Positions 1 to 9,039 of a DNA stretch of 34,153 nt are shown piece after piece. The position numbers and the translations under genes were made by a program. The notes below the pieces were generated by a model that was not told the origin of the DNA, ran no database searches, and saw nothing but the letters and a program-made list of their open reading frames with translations. The stretch spans positions 1 through 34,153 of the forward strand of contig JBFESZ010000012.1 of the NCBI GenBank assembly GCA_041548245.1. Reading direction: 5' to 3'. This DNA comes from Sulfurimonadaceae bacterium (GTDB lineage Bacteria; Campylobacterota; Campylobacteria; Campylobacterales; Sulfurimonadaceae). Numbering within the stretch: the stretch's first letter is position 1; every line of letters begins with the position of its first letter.

Positions 1-147
1 ACAAAAATAAATGAGAATTTATATCAATTCCATCTTGGAACGGTAGCTCTTAATTTCGATTACGATCAAACCACAGGAACTTTTGGATGTTCTACGACAG
101 CTGGCAACGCACAACAAAACGCACTCTGCCTTAATTTAACACGATAA
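1..147 (+). CDS. 3' end of a gene truncated by the window edge; probable prepilin/type II secretion pseudopilin-like protein
   Basis: Frame 1 is open from base 1 to TAA at 145-147 (TKINENLYQFHLGTVALNFDYDQTTGTFGCSTTAGNAQQNALCLNLTR). The C-terminal Cys pair in an FxYxxxxGxFxC...LC pattern resembles Campylobacterota pseudopilins. The diagnostic N-terminus is outside the window. Confidence 0.45.
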   Translation, partial: TKINENLYQFHLGTVALNFDYDQTTGTFGCSTTAGNAQQNALCLNLTR

Positions 148-1986
148 TTGCATTACTATCATATTTCTCTTATGGGCTCTCCCTTGGAGCCTTTTGCCTA
201 TTGTTCTCAAGAGAAATATAATGAACTTGAGATTGTTACGATTCCTTTTCGACATTCGCAAAAGCGGGGTGTCGTAGTACAAGAAGTCGATCAGCCTGCT
301 TTTGATACATCAAATATCATCTCAAAAAGTGATTTATATTTTAAACAAGAACAATTAGACTTGGCCAAGTTCATATCTGAGTACTATTTTTGCTCTTTGG
401 GTGAAGCTTTTTCTCTTTTTATTCCTTTTAGTAGATTACCTAGTGACAAACAATTAATCGGTATGGCGCCTATGATTAAGCTTTCATCAAAGCAGGAGAA
501 GGCTTTAAATGAGTTAAAAAAACATAAGGTCTCTTTACTCTTTGGGGATACAGGTTCAGGTAAGACAGAAATTTATATGAAGTGGTTTGAAGATGTACTC
601 TTGAATGACAAAAGAGTATTGATGTTGATGCCAGAGATATCCTTGACGCCGCAGATGCAGATACGTTTGGAAGAACATTTCGGTCAAAGTGTCGTGATGT
701 GGCACTCTAAACTGACTAAAAAGCAAAAAGAGACGAATTTAGAGAAGATTTACAATGGAAGCGCGAGGGTGATTGCAGGCGCACGCTCAGCACTTTTTTT
801 GCCAATTGACGATCTGGGACTTATCGTAGTGGACGAGGAACATGATGACAGCTATAAAGCCTCTTCACGCCCGCGGTATCATGCTCGTGATATGGCGATA
901 TATTTTGGAAAACTTTTGGATGTCCCTGTTTTACTTGGAAGTGCGACTCCTTCTTTGTCTTCGTATACCAAGTTTCCTCATGTACGTTTAAAAGGTGGGC
1001 ATTTCATACAGCAAAGATATTTTGTCTATGAGCCCCATATCGAAGAGATAACACCGATAATAGAAGAAGCTGTTATGAAGACGGTAGCTAAAAAAGAGCA
1101 GTCGATGCTGTTTTTGCCAACACGGGCAAACTTCAAATATCTCATATGCGATCAGTGCGGCTATACCTATAAATGCCCTTATTGTGATGTCGGGATGAGT
1201 CTACACAAATTTTCCCGCCGGGTTAAATGTCATTACTGTAATTTTCAAGAACCTATTCCTGAAAACTGTCCCGAGTGTACGGAAGGTATTTTAAAGACCA
1301 GCCGTTTGGGTACAGCAGAAGCAGTAGAGCATTTTCAAGATAAATACCCCGAATTAAGGGTTGCACAGTTCGATCGCGATATCATCACCACACAAAAGAA
1401 GCTTAGGGCTCTACTTTCTTCTTTTAATGAGGGAGAAATTGACCTTTTAATCGGTACACAGATGCTTTCAAAAGGGCATGACTATCATGATGTGACTCTG
1501 GCTGTTGTACAGGGAATAGACAACATTTTGCAGATGAGCGACTATAGAGCACGTGAGAAAGCCCTGTCTCTTCTCATTCAAATTGCGGGAAGAAGCGGAA
1601 GAAAAAAAGATGCAGTTGTGCTTGTCCAAAGTTTTAATAAAGAGTTTTTCGATCCTTTTGTAAACTCCTATGAGAACTTTTTAGAAGAAGAAAAAGAGTT
1701 CAGAAAAGAGCTGTATCCTCCCTATAAAAAATTGGCTCGGCTGAGTTTCGCAGACAAAAAATCACAAAATGCCAGTGATAAGATGAACGAGGTGTTGCAA
1801 AAGCTTTATCGTTTTGCTAATATTGAGATAGTTGGATATGGCCCTTCTCCCATTGAGAAGATAGCCAACAAGTTCCGTTTTCAGATTCTGTTGCGTGCAG
1901 ACAAAAGTACAGACCTGATCAGAGCGATCAAAGCGAGCAAGAACAGTTTATGCGAAGTGGATATGGATCCGATTGATTTTGTTTGA
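148..1986 (+). CDS. priA: Primosomal protein N' (replication restart helicase)
   Basis: Walker A GDTGSGKT, LMPEISLTPQ, DEEH box, two Zn-binding CxxC pairs (CDQC/CPYC/CHYC/CPEC), GTQMLSKG, QIAGRSGR. The TTG start directly abuts the upstream TAA. Confidence 0.97.
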   Translation: MHYYHISLMGSPLEPFAYCSQEKYNELEIVTIPFRHSQKRGVVVQEVDQPAFDTSNIISKSDLYFKQEQLDLAKFISEYYFCSLGEAFSLFIPFSRLPSDKQLIGMAPMIKLSSKQEKALNELKKHKVSLLFGDTGSGKTEIYMKWFEDVLLNDKRVLMLMPEISLTPQMQIRLEEHFGQSVVMWHSKLTKKQKETNLEKIYNGSARVIAGARSALFLPIDDLGLIVVDEEHDDSYKASSRPRYHARDMAIYFGKLLDVPVLLGSATPSLSSYTKFPHVRLKGGHFIQQRYFVYEPHIEEITPIIEEAVMKTVAKKEQSMLFLPTRANFKYLICDQCGYTYKCPYCDVGMSLHKFSRRVKCHYCNFQEPIPENCPECTEGILKTSRLGTAEAVEHFQDKYPELRVAQFDRDIITTQKKLRALLSSFNEGEIDLLIGTQMLSKGHDYHDVTLAVVQGIDNILQMSDYRAREKALSLLIQIAGRSGRKKDAVVLVQSFNKEFFDPFVNSYENFLEEEKEFRKELYPPYKKLARLSFADKKSQNASDKMNEVLQKLYRFANIEIVGYGPSPIEKIANKFRFQILLRADKSTDLIRAIKASKNSLCEVDMDPIDFV

Positions 1987-2026
1987 TTTACAAAATTTAT
2001 CAAGCTCATTTTTACCTACAAAAAGA

Positions 2027-2032
2027 TAAAAT
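2027..2032 (+). promoter_or_regulatory. sigma70 -10 box (gaTAAAAT), probably giving a leaderless ispG transcript
   Basis: TAAAAT lies 6 nt upstream of ATG 2039; the spacer CTCTTT has no Shine-Dalgarno sequence. Confidence 0.55.
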
Positions 2033-2038
2033 CTCTTT

Positions 2039-3100
2039 ATGATTAAACGCTATGAAACTAAAAAGATATATGTTGGAAATGTTGCTGTAGGCGGGGATGC
2101 GCCTATCTCTGTGCAGTCAATGACATATTCAGAGACGGCTAATGTTGTAGCGACCGTCGAACAGATTAACAGACTGCATTTTGCCGGTTGTGATATCGTA
2201 CGTGTTGCTGTGCCAAATGAAGAGGATGCTTTAGCATTAAAATCGATCAAAGAGCAGATCTCACTGCCTTTGGTTGCGGATATCCATTTTAACTATAAGC
2301 TTGCACTCATTGCTGCAGAAAGTGTTGACTGTATACGTATCAATCCTGGTAATATCGGTGAAAAATCACGAGTGAAGGATATTGTCAAAGCCTGTCAGGA
2401 ACGGAATATTCCTATTCGTAGCGGTGTCAATGCGGGAAGCCTTGAAAAAGAGTTCGAACAGCGTTACGGGCAGACAGCTGAGGGAATGGTCGCTTCTGCA
2501 GAGTACAATATCAAGTTTTTAGAGGATTTGGGTTTTGAGGACATCAAAGTATCTTTAAAGGCTTCGGATGTCGAACGTACAGTTGATGCATATCGAATGC
2601 TGCGCCCGAAAAACCAATACCCTTTTCACCTGGGCGTGACGGAAGCGGGAACGATCTTTCATGCGACGATTAAGAGTGCTATTGGTCTGGGGGCTCTTTT
2701 ACTTGATGGAATCGGTGACACCTTACGTGTCTCGATTACTGGTGAGTTGGAAGAAGAAGTAAAGATCGGAAAAGCGATTTTAAAAGACAGCGGTGCGGCA
2801 AAAGATGGTCTGAACATTATTTCGTGTCCGACATGCGGACGGATTGAAGCGGACCTTGTCTCTGCAGTTGCAGAGATCGAAGAGAAGACCAAACATATCA
2901 AAGCGCCTTTGGATGTCTCGGTCATGGGATGTGTTGTTAATGCGATCGGTGAGGCGAAACATGCGGATGTGGCGATTGCCTATGGAAAAGGTTCCGGACT
3001 GGTGATGGTCAAAGGTGATGTCGTTGCGCGTCTGGATGAAAAGGATCTGGTCAAACGTTTTATTGAAGAGGTTGAAAAAGCAGCCGAGGAAAGTAAATAG
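2039..3100 (+). CDS. ispG: Flavodoxin-dependent (E)-4-hydroxy-3-methylbut-2-enyl-diphosphate synthase
   Basis: [48 protein letters not shown] and MGCVVN FeS ligands. Confidence 0.98.
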   Translation: MIKRYETKKIYVGNVAVGGDAPISVQSMTYSETANVVATVEQINRLHFAGCDIVRVAVPNEEDALALKSIKEQISLPLVADIHFNYKLALIAAESVDCIRINPGNIGEKSRVKDIVKACQERNIPIRSGVNAGSLEKEFEQRYGQTAEGMVASAEYNIKFLEDLGFEDIKVSLKASDVERTVDAYRMLRPKNQYPFHLGVTEAGTIFHATIKSAIGLGALLLDGIGDTLRVSITGELEEEVKIGKAILKDSGAAKDGLNIISCPTCGRIEADLVSAVAEIEEKTKHIKAPLDVSVMGCVVNAIGEAKHADVAIAYGKGSGLVMVKGDVVARLDEKDLVKRFIEEVEKAAEESK

Positions 3101-4546
3101 ATGGAAGAGACTCTTTATAATATCAATATAGAGCGCTCTATCTTGAACTCGATTATCTTTGAGCCTTCACAGTTTGAAGATGTTGAAGCCAAGCTTCAAG
3201 TCGATGACTTCTATCTTCCGGCTCACCAAGAGATATATACCGCGATGGTGGAACTTCACCGTGAGTCACAGCCCATTGATGAAGAGTTCATCAAAAAACG
3301 TTTGAATGTCAAAAAACGTTTTGATGAAGCTGTCATGCTGGACATTCTCTCATCAAACCCAATATCCAATACCGTAGCCTATGTCAATGAGATCAAAGAC
3401 AAGGCGGTAAAACGTAAACTTTTGACCTTGACAACGGAGATCAAGCGTGTAACGATCGAAGAAGACCTTCCAAGTATGGAAGTGATTGATGTTGTAGAGA
3501 AAAAGCTGTATGAGATCACGCAGGCAAATGAGAACATCGACTTCAAAGATTCAAAGACAGTGACCTTTGATACGATGGAATATATCAAGGAGATGAAAGC
3601 CCGTGGGAACTCTGTCCTTGTCGGTGTAGATACGGGCTTTGCCGAATTGAACAAGATGACGACAGGTTTCGGAAAAGGCGATCTTGTTATTATTGCTGCC
3701 CGTCCTGCTATGGGTAAGACATCGTTTGCCCTCAATATCGTCTTAAACCAGCTCGTTCATGGAAACGGGGTGGCCTTTTTCTCCTTGGAGATGCCGGCTG
3801 AGCAGTTGATGCTGCGTCTTCTTTCCGCACACACCTCTATTTATCTTCAGAAACTACGTGTAGGTGACTTGAACGATGAAGAGTGGTCACGTCTGAACGC
3901 AAGTCTGGACATGATGAACAATGCGAAGCTCTTTGTCGATGACGGAGCTGGGGTTACGATCAATCAGCTTAGATCAAAACTGCGTAAACTCAAGTCACAG
4001 CACCCTGAGATACAGATGGCGGTCATTGATTATCTTCAGATCATGCAGACGGCCGGTAGGGACAGACAGGCCGAAGTCTCTGAGATATCACGCGGTCTTA
4101 AGATGCTCGCACGTGAACTGGGGATGCCCATTATCGCACTTTCTCAGTTAAACCGTGGGGTGGAGGGGCGTAATGATAAGCGTCCTATGCTTTCGGATAT
4201 TCGTGAATCGGGTGCGATCGAGCAGGATGCGGATATTATCATGTTCGTCTATAGAGATGATGTCTATCTCTATAAAGAGGAAAAGGAGCGTGAAAAAGCG
4301 GCAAAAGCGGAAGGAAAAGAGTTTACGCCGACTTATGTAGAAAAAGAGGAAGAAGAGGCCGAGATCATTATCGGTAAGCAGCGTAATGGTCCTACCGGCC
4401 ATGTCAAACTCGTATTCCAGAAAAAGTTGACACGATTTGTTGACGCTCCGGCCTTTGGCGGTGTTGAAATCTCGTTTGAGAATGTTCAGGCTACAGAAGC
4501 GCAGATGGATGTCGGCAATGAGAGTATCTCCCTCCCACCTATCTAA
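3101..4546 (+). CDS. dnaB: Replicative DNA helicase
   Basis: AARPAMGKT, FSLEM, DYLQIM, LSQLNR, SDIRESGAIEQDAD, KQRNGPTG. Carries the charged helical insertion after YRDD typical of Campylobacterota. No intein. Confidence 0.98.
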   Translation: MEETLYNINIERSILNSIIFEPSQFEDVEAKLQVDDFYLPAHQEIYTAMVELHRESQPIDEEFIKKRLNVKKRFDEAVMLDILSSNPISNTVAYVNEIKDKAVKRKLLTLTTEIKRVTIEEDLPSMEVIDVVEKKLYEITQANENIDFKDSKTVTFDTMEYIKEMKARGNSVLVGVDTGFAELNKMTTGFGKGDLVIIAARPAMGKTSFALNIVLNQLVHGNGVAFFSLEMPAEQLMLRLLSAHTSIYLQKLRVGDLNDEEWSRLNASLDMMNNAKLFVDDGAGVTINQLRSKLRKLKSQHPEIQMAVIDYLQIMQTAGRDRQAEVSEISRGLKMLARELGMPIIALSQLNRGVEGRNDKRPMLSDIRESGAIEQDADIIMFVYRDDVYLYKEEKEREKAAKAEGKEFTPTYVEKEEEEAEIIIGKQRNGPTGHVKLVFQKKLTRFVDAPAFGGVEISFENVQATEAQMDVGNESISLPPI

Positions 4547-5789
4547 GCCTCATTTCTTCTCTTCATGGCAGCAAATAGGTGTAGCTATATCGCTGCTATG
4601 CTTAATATTTTCTGCTTCACTTCTTTTTCAATATCAGACATACAAACGAATGACGGCATTTGATGATTATACTTCAACAGTATGGGTAGAAAATCAGTAT
4701 AAGAAAGAAAAACATTGGATACTGAAACTGCAAAGTGATGAAGGGTTTTCCTTTTATACGACAAGCAGAGAAGACCTGAAGCATCTTACTGGATATCAAT
4801 TGAAGATCAGGCTGTTTACAAAAGGTCTTGATTTCATTTCGTTTTTAAAAGGGTTCTATGCGCCCAGTGTGCTACTCTCACGTGATCAGTCAAAACGAGA
4901 ACGTTATATGATGATGGAGAGACTTAATGAGATACATGAGGGTAAAGCACTCACACTGTTTAAAGCACTTTTCTTTGCGTCTTCCATAGATAAACCTTTG
5001 CGTGAGCAGCTTTCTGCATTAGGGATCAATCATCTGCTCGCAATCAGCGGTTTTCATCTCGGTGTATTAGGGGCTATTTTGTTTATGCTCTCTAGCCTCA
5101 TTTATAAACCTCTTCAGGGAAGATTTTTTCCCTATAGGAGTGCGAACAGAGATATTTCGGTTTTTATTCTGATCGTGTTGTTTGTATATCTCTATTTCTT
5201 AGATTTTGTTCCCTCACTTTTACGAGCATTCGGCATGAGTCTTTTCGCTTTTTTCCTTTATGACAGGGGAATGAAGTTGTTCTCTTTCTCTTCTCTGTTT
5301 TGGGTAGTGATGTTTCTTATCGCTATTTGGCCTAAGCTGTTGTTTTCATTGGGGTTTTGGCTCTCAGTTGCAGGTGTTTTTTATATCTTTCTTTTTTTAC
5401 ACCATATGAAAGAACTGAAGCATTGGCAGAGTTTTATCTTGTTGCATCTATGGATATACCTGGCGATGCTGCCAATCATACATGTCTATTTCGGGGTATT
5501 CTCACCATATCAGCTCTACTCGCCTCTGCTGAGCATGTTGTTCATTCTCTTTTACCCATTGGAGCTTTTTTTGCATGTTATTGGGGAAGGAGGGATTCTG
5601 GATTTTGTAATCAACGATTTGTTAGATATTCATATCAGAACGGTTAAGATATTATTGCCTTTATGGATTCTTCCCCTCTATATTATCCTCAGTATCTTGG
5701 CCATTTTCTATAGATTTTTCTTTGTGCTCATTTTCTTCCTCATGTCTGGCTTCCTGGGCCACTTTCTCTATCGTGTAACAGAGTTTTAG
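4518..5789 (+). CDS. comEC: ComEC/Rec2 competence membrane protein (short form, no C-terminal beta-lactamase-like domain)
   Basis: GINHLLAISGFH competence motif, PSLLRA, SLGFWLS, many hydrophobic helices; follows dnaB as in Helicobacter. Start uncertain: ATG 4509 or 4518 preferred over the ORF-track start at 4437. Confidence 0.9.
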   Translation: MRVSPSHLSKPHFFSSWQQIGVAISLLCLIFSASLLFQYQTYKRMTAFDDYTSTVWVENQYKKEKHWILKLQSDEGFSFYTTSREDLKHLTGYQLKIRLFTKGLDFISFLKGFYAPSVLLSRDQSKRERYMMMERLNEIHEGKALTLFKALFFASSIDKPLREQLSALGINHLLAISGFHLGVLGAILFMLSSLIYKPLQGRFFPYRSANRDISVFILIVLFVYLYFLDFVPSLLRAFGMSLFAFFLYDRGMKLFSFSSLFWVVMFLIAIWPKLLFSLGFWLSVAGVFYIFLFLHHMKELKHWQSFILLHLWIYLAMLPIIHVYFGVFSPYQLYSPLLSMLFILFYPLELFLHVIGEGGILDFVINDLLDIHIRTVKILLPLWILPLYIILSILAIFYRFFFVLIFFLMSGFLGHFLYRVTEF

Positions 5790-6563
5790 GCCATAGATGA
5801 AGATAATCCATGAGAGATACACCCATAAAAAGAAGAATATCAGTGTAGAGAATGAGCCATAGATTGTTGCATAGGTCTTGTTTTGTAAGACATAGGAGAT
5901 AAAACCTATCTTTGCCAGATACCAGGTAAGCGAGACAGCGAATGAACTGATGCCAGCAGCGCGGTTGGAGATCTCTATATTGGCAGATATTTTATAGATA
6001 AGAAAGAACAGCGTCCAGATGATCAGGTAGGGGAAAAGCTCTAAGACATTCAAAGTTGCCGTGAACTCATTAGCTCCAAGCAGGGTTTGCAGTTCATTGG
6101 ATAGATAAAAGGAAAAGACGAGTGCAATCGGTGTCAATGTGACGAGTGTCCAATAAGTCGTCAAAGAGTCCCAAAAACCGCGGGGTTTTGTCTTAAATAT
6201 TTTGTTGACGATATATTCGAAATTTTGAAAGAAAAGCATGGATGAAACAATGACAGAGACAATACCGATGATACTGAGTTTCATGGAGTTCTTCATAAAA
6301 CTGTCAATAAAGTTTGAGAAAGCATCTGATGAAACGGGAAGGATATTATCCATGATAAAGGATTTGATATTACTGTAAAAAGCGTCAAAACTTGTCAAAG
6401 AGGTTGATATGGATAAGACTATCAGCATAACGGGAACGAGAGTGAAAAGTGTATAGAAACTGAGACTAGAAGCGTAGAAGGTGATGTCTTTATCAAACAA
6501 TGAGGTAAAATAAGTACGAATAATCCTGTATGAAAGTTTGATATTTTTCAGTTTTAGCATCAT
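5661..6563 (-). CDS. yihY: YihY/BrkB family inner membrane protein
   Basis: ASSLSFYTLFTLVP, NKIF, YWTLVTLTP, YATIYGSF..FFLWVYLSWIIFIYG; AAGGA RBS upstream. Confidence 0.9.
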   Translation of the reverse strand: MMLKLKNIKLSYRIIRTYFTSLFDKDITFYASSLSFYTLFTLVPVMLIVLSISTSLTSFDAFYSNIKSFIMDNILPVSSDAFSNFIDSFMKNSMKLSIIGIVSVIVSSMLFFQNFEYIVNKIFKTKPRGFWDSLTTYWTLVTLTPIALVFSFYLSNELQTLLGANEFTATLNVLELFPYLIIWTLFFLIYKISANIEISNRAAGISSFAVSLTWYLAKIGFISYVLQNKTYATIYGSFSTLIFFFLWVYLSWIIFIYGLKLCYTIEKVAQEARHEEENEHKEKSIENGQDTEDNIEGKNP

Positions 6564-6585
6564 AGTCCTTTGATAAAAAAAGACT

Positions 6586-6594
6586 ATTATATCA
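6586..6594 (-). promoter_or_regulatory. Extended -10 promoter (TGaTATAAT) for yihY
   Basis: Exact TGnTATAAT about 22 nt upstream of the start codon. Confidence 0.7.
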
Positions 6595-6596
6595 GA

Positions 6597-6626
6597 AGAA
6601 AAGCAATAGAAGAGTATTGCTTTTCT
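6597..6626 (-). terminator. Probable intrinsic terminator after glcD
   Basis: Perfect 12-bp inverted repeat AGAAAAGCAATA-N6-TATTGCTTTTCT just downstream of the glcD stop. Confidence 0.65.
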
Positions 6627-6643
6627 AAGAAGTTTAGAGCTTT

Positions 6644-8026
6644 TTACTTTAGCCCCATCTTGTGAGGATTTAGGATGTTGTTTGGATCAAACGCTTTTTT
6701 TATCGTGTTGAAAAGGTTCATTTCCTCTTCAGTAAATGCCATAGACATATATGGAGCCTTGGCAATGCCGATACCGTGTTCTCCACTGAGTGTACCGCCA
6801 AGATCAACTGTCGCCTGAAAGACCTCTTCAATCGCTTGATAAGCGATCTTCACCTGTTCCGGATCAGAGCCGTCAACCATGACGTTGGTATGGACGTTAC
6901 CATCACCGGTATGGCCAAAACATGGAATATTGACATTGTATTTATCAGCGATCGCATAAAACCTTTCAAGCAGTTCTGGCAGAACGGCACGAGGGACAGT
7001 GACATCTTCATTGAGTTTTTTGCTTCCATAGATGGAGAGTGACTGACTGGCATTACGACGTGCAAACCAAAGGTCAGCAGCCTCTTTTTCATCTTTGGCC
7101 CGTTTAAACTCGGAACATCCGTTTTCTTTAAAGATCTTTTCAATCAGGTCAAGCTGGAAATTAAGGTCATCTTCAAGGTTCCCATCAACGTCAGTGACCA
7201 AGATGGCACCCGCATCAACCGGCAGACCCTTGTGAAATGTCTGCTCGACGGCACGGATTGTCAAGTTGTCAAGAAACTCCATAGCTACAGGAGTAACACC
7301 GCCAGCCATCGTCTTATAGACGGCTTCCATGGCTTCGGTTACAGTCGGGAAAATACCCATAGCGGTCTTGGTCAATTTTGGTTTGGAAAGCAGTTTAAGT
7401 GTGACTTCTGTCGTTACAGCAAGTGTTCCCTCTGAGGCGATCAGAATACCTGCGATATTATAGCCTGCGACATCTTTGATAGTGCGTTTTCCGGCTTTGA
7501 TGATATCACCATTAGGTAAGACGGCACGGATTGCCATGACATAATCTTTGGTGATACCATACTTGGCTGCACGCATACCGCCCGCATTTTCATTGACGTT
7601 TCCACCGATAGTCGAATAGTCCTGGCTGGCCGGATCAGGCGGATAGAAAAGACCGACTGCTTCAACAGCTTTCTGGAGGTCCATATTGATGACACCCGGT
7701 TGAACGACAGCAACCATGTTTTGCATATCGATCTCAAGTATCTTGTTCATATGTTTTTCAAAGGCCAGGACTATACCTCCCTCAGAAGGAATGGCACCGC
7801 CTGTAAATCCGCTTCCTGCACCACGTGGTACGATGATGATATTGTTTTCATTACAATATTTCAAGATCTTGGATATATCATCCTCATTACGAGGAAAGAT
7901 TACCGCGTCAGGCTCAAAGTGCTCTCGTGTCGCATCATATGAGTAGGCAATAAGATGGGCTTTATCATCATAGATGTTTTCATCGCCGACAATGTCTTTA
8001 AAATAGTTGAAGTGTTTTTTGTTCAT
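6644..8026 (-). CDS. glcD: FAD-linked oxidase, glycolate/2-hydroxyacid oxidase subunit GlcD family
   Basis: PRGAGSGFTGG, YPPDPAS, TIGGNVNENAGG..KYG, GHTGDGNVH, SGEHGIG, DPNNILNP. Confidence 0.92.
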   Translation of the reverse strand: MNKKHFNYFKDIVGDENIYDDKAHLIAYSYDATREHFEPDAVIFPRNEDDISKILKYCNENNIIIVPRGAGSGFTGGAIPSEGGIVLAFEKHMNKILEIDMQNMVAVVQPGVINMDLQKAVEAVGLFYPPDPASQDYSTIGGNVNENAGGMRAAKYGITKDYVMAIRAVLPNGDIIKAGKRTIKDVAGYNIAGILIASEGTLAVTTEVTLKLLSKPKLTKTAMGIFPTVTEAMEAVYKTMAGGVTPVAMEFLDNLTIRAVEQTFHKGLPVDAGAILVTDVDGNLEDDLNFQLDLIEKIFKENGCSEFKRAKDEKEAADLWFARRNASQSLSIYGSKKLNEDVTVPRAVLPELLERFYAIADKYNVNIPCFGHTGDGNVHTNVMVDGSDPEQVKIAYQAIEEVFQATVDLGGTLSGEHGIGIAKAPYMSMAFTEEEMNLFNTIKKAFDPNNILNPHKMGLK

Positions 8027-8901
8027 TCTTGTGCTCCGCTAATAATATCATCTGAATCACTTGTTTTCGTTCCTATCTCAACGTGTTCAAGTGTCGAACC
8101 AAATAAGGAGTCTAACCAGGACTCATCTTGGGAGTTTGTGGCCTCTTCTCGTTTACGTTTATAGGTCTGTATCCAACTGTTTTCAGGATTGTTTTGTGCA
8201 ATAAGTTCTATATAGTATGGGCTATACTCTTCAAGCTCATCGCTTCCCTCGCCAAACCAGTTCGCTTCAATGTGTGTGACTCTTGTGTAAAAAGGAAGTT
8301 GGGGATCTTCGGCTTTGATAGAGGTCGATTTGTTTTGTAGTATTTTAAAACTTTGACAATCAACGGTGATAATCGACTTGTCAAACATGAATGCAACAAT
8401 ACCGATGTTATTCGCTCTGCATGTTTGTGTAAAATCTTCACGAAGCGGTGTAGGATGGCCATTGCTTGATAAGGTTGTGGCAAAGATATCAGGATGTACC
8501 CAGTTTCTGTCTTTATGGTAGGAAGTAACCTTCTTGTATATATTCGAGTTAGGCGCGATAAGAAGAGCACGCTGATAGTTATATCCCAAGATGACTTCAT
8601 CTCCTGCTTTAGCAATCCATCGGCCGCTTGGCAAGGCACTCTGTTCGAGAGCATGAATAGGAAGCATTTGGAGTGTAATACTATTCTCCTCGATTTTTTT
8701 AACCTCTACCCACGAGAGGGCAGTGGAATGTTTATCATCAAACCAATGTACGACAGCCCCATACATGCCGACTTGAGCACCTGCTACTACCTGAGTCGTT
8801 ATCTCTTCTTCATTTACTGATGTGATTGTTGTATGAAGCGGTGTGTTAATAATGGCAAAAAGGGAATGTGTCAGGGTGACAAAGAATAAGATAAGGCGCA
8901 T
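8023..8901 (-). CDS. pgbA: Plasminogen-binding protein PgbA N-terminal-domain family, exported protein
   Basis: Signal peptide (MRLILFFVTLTHSLFA) after a GAGG RBS; LEQSALP, GDEVILGYNYQRALLIAPN, HPD, CQSF, PFYTRV motifs. Sits between glcD and the M23 gene as in Helicobacter/Campylobacter. Start moved from 8946 to 8901. Confidence 0.75.
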   Translation of the reverse strand: MRLILFFVTLTHSLFAIINTPLHTTITSVNEEEITTQVVAGAQVGMYGAVVHWFDDKHSTALSWVEVKKIEENSITLQMLPIHALEQSALPSGRWIAKAGDEVILGYNYQRALLIAPNSNIYKKVTSYHKDRNWVHPDIFATTLSSNGHPTPLREDFTQTCRANNIGIVAFMFDKSIITVDCQSFKILQNKSTSIKAEDPQLPFYTRVTHIEANWFGEGSDELEEYSPYYIELIAQNNPENSWIQTYKRKREEATNSQDESWLDSLFGSTLEHVEIGTKTSDSDDIISGAQE

Positions 8902-9039
8902 GGTTTCCTCGTGTGTATAATTGCAGGGATTATACTTGCAATACAATTAAAGGCTAATTAGGATTGAAATTTGTCTGATTTATACTATGATAAGTGAAGA
9001 TTAGATACTCTTTCCCAATTTTTAAAGAGGCATTGATTA

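Noticed and set aside
4255..4360. Charged insertion in DnaB as a possible intein or novelty
   Set aside because: It is short, has no splicing residues and matches the known Campylobacterota helical insertion.
4437..4517. Extended comEC N-terminus deep inside dnaB
   Set aside because: TTG start with no RBS; the downstream ATGs give a more typical length.
8902..8946. pgbA upstream extension (MYCKYNPC...)
   Set aside because: It spans the promoter; the GAGG RBS and signal peptide define ATG 8901.
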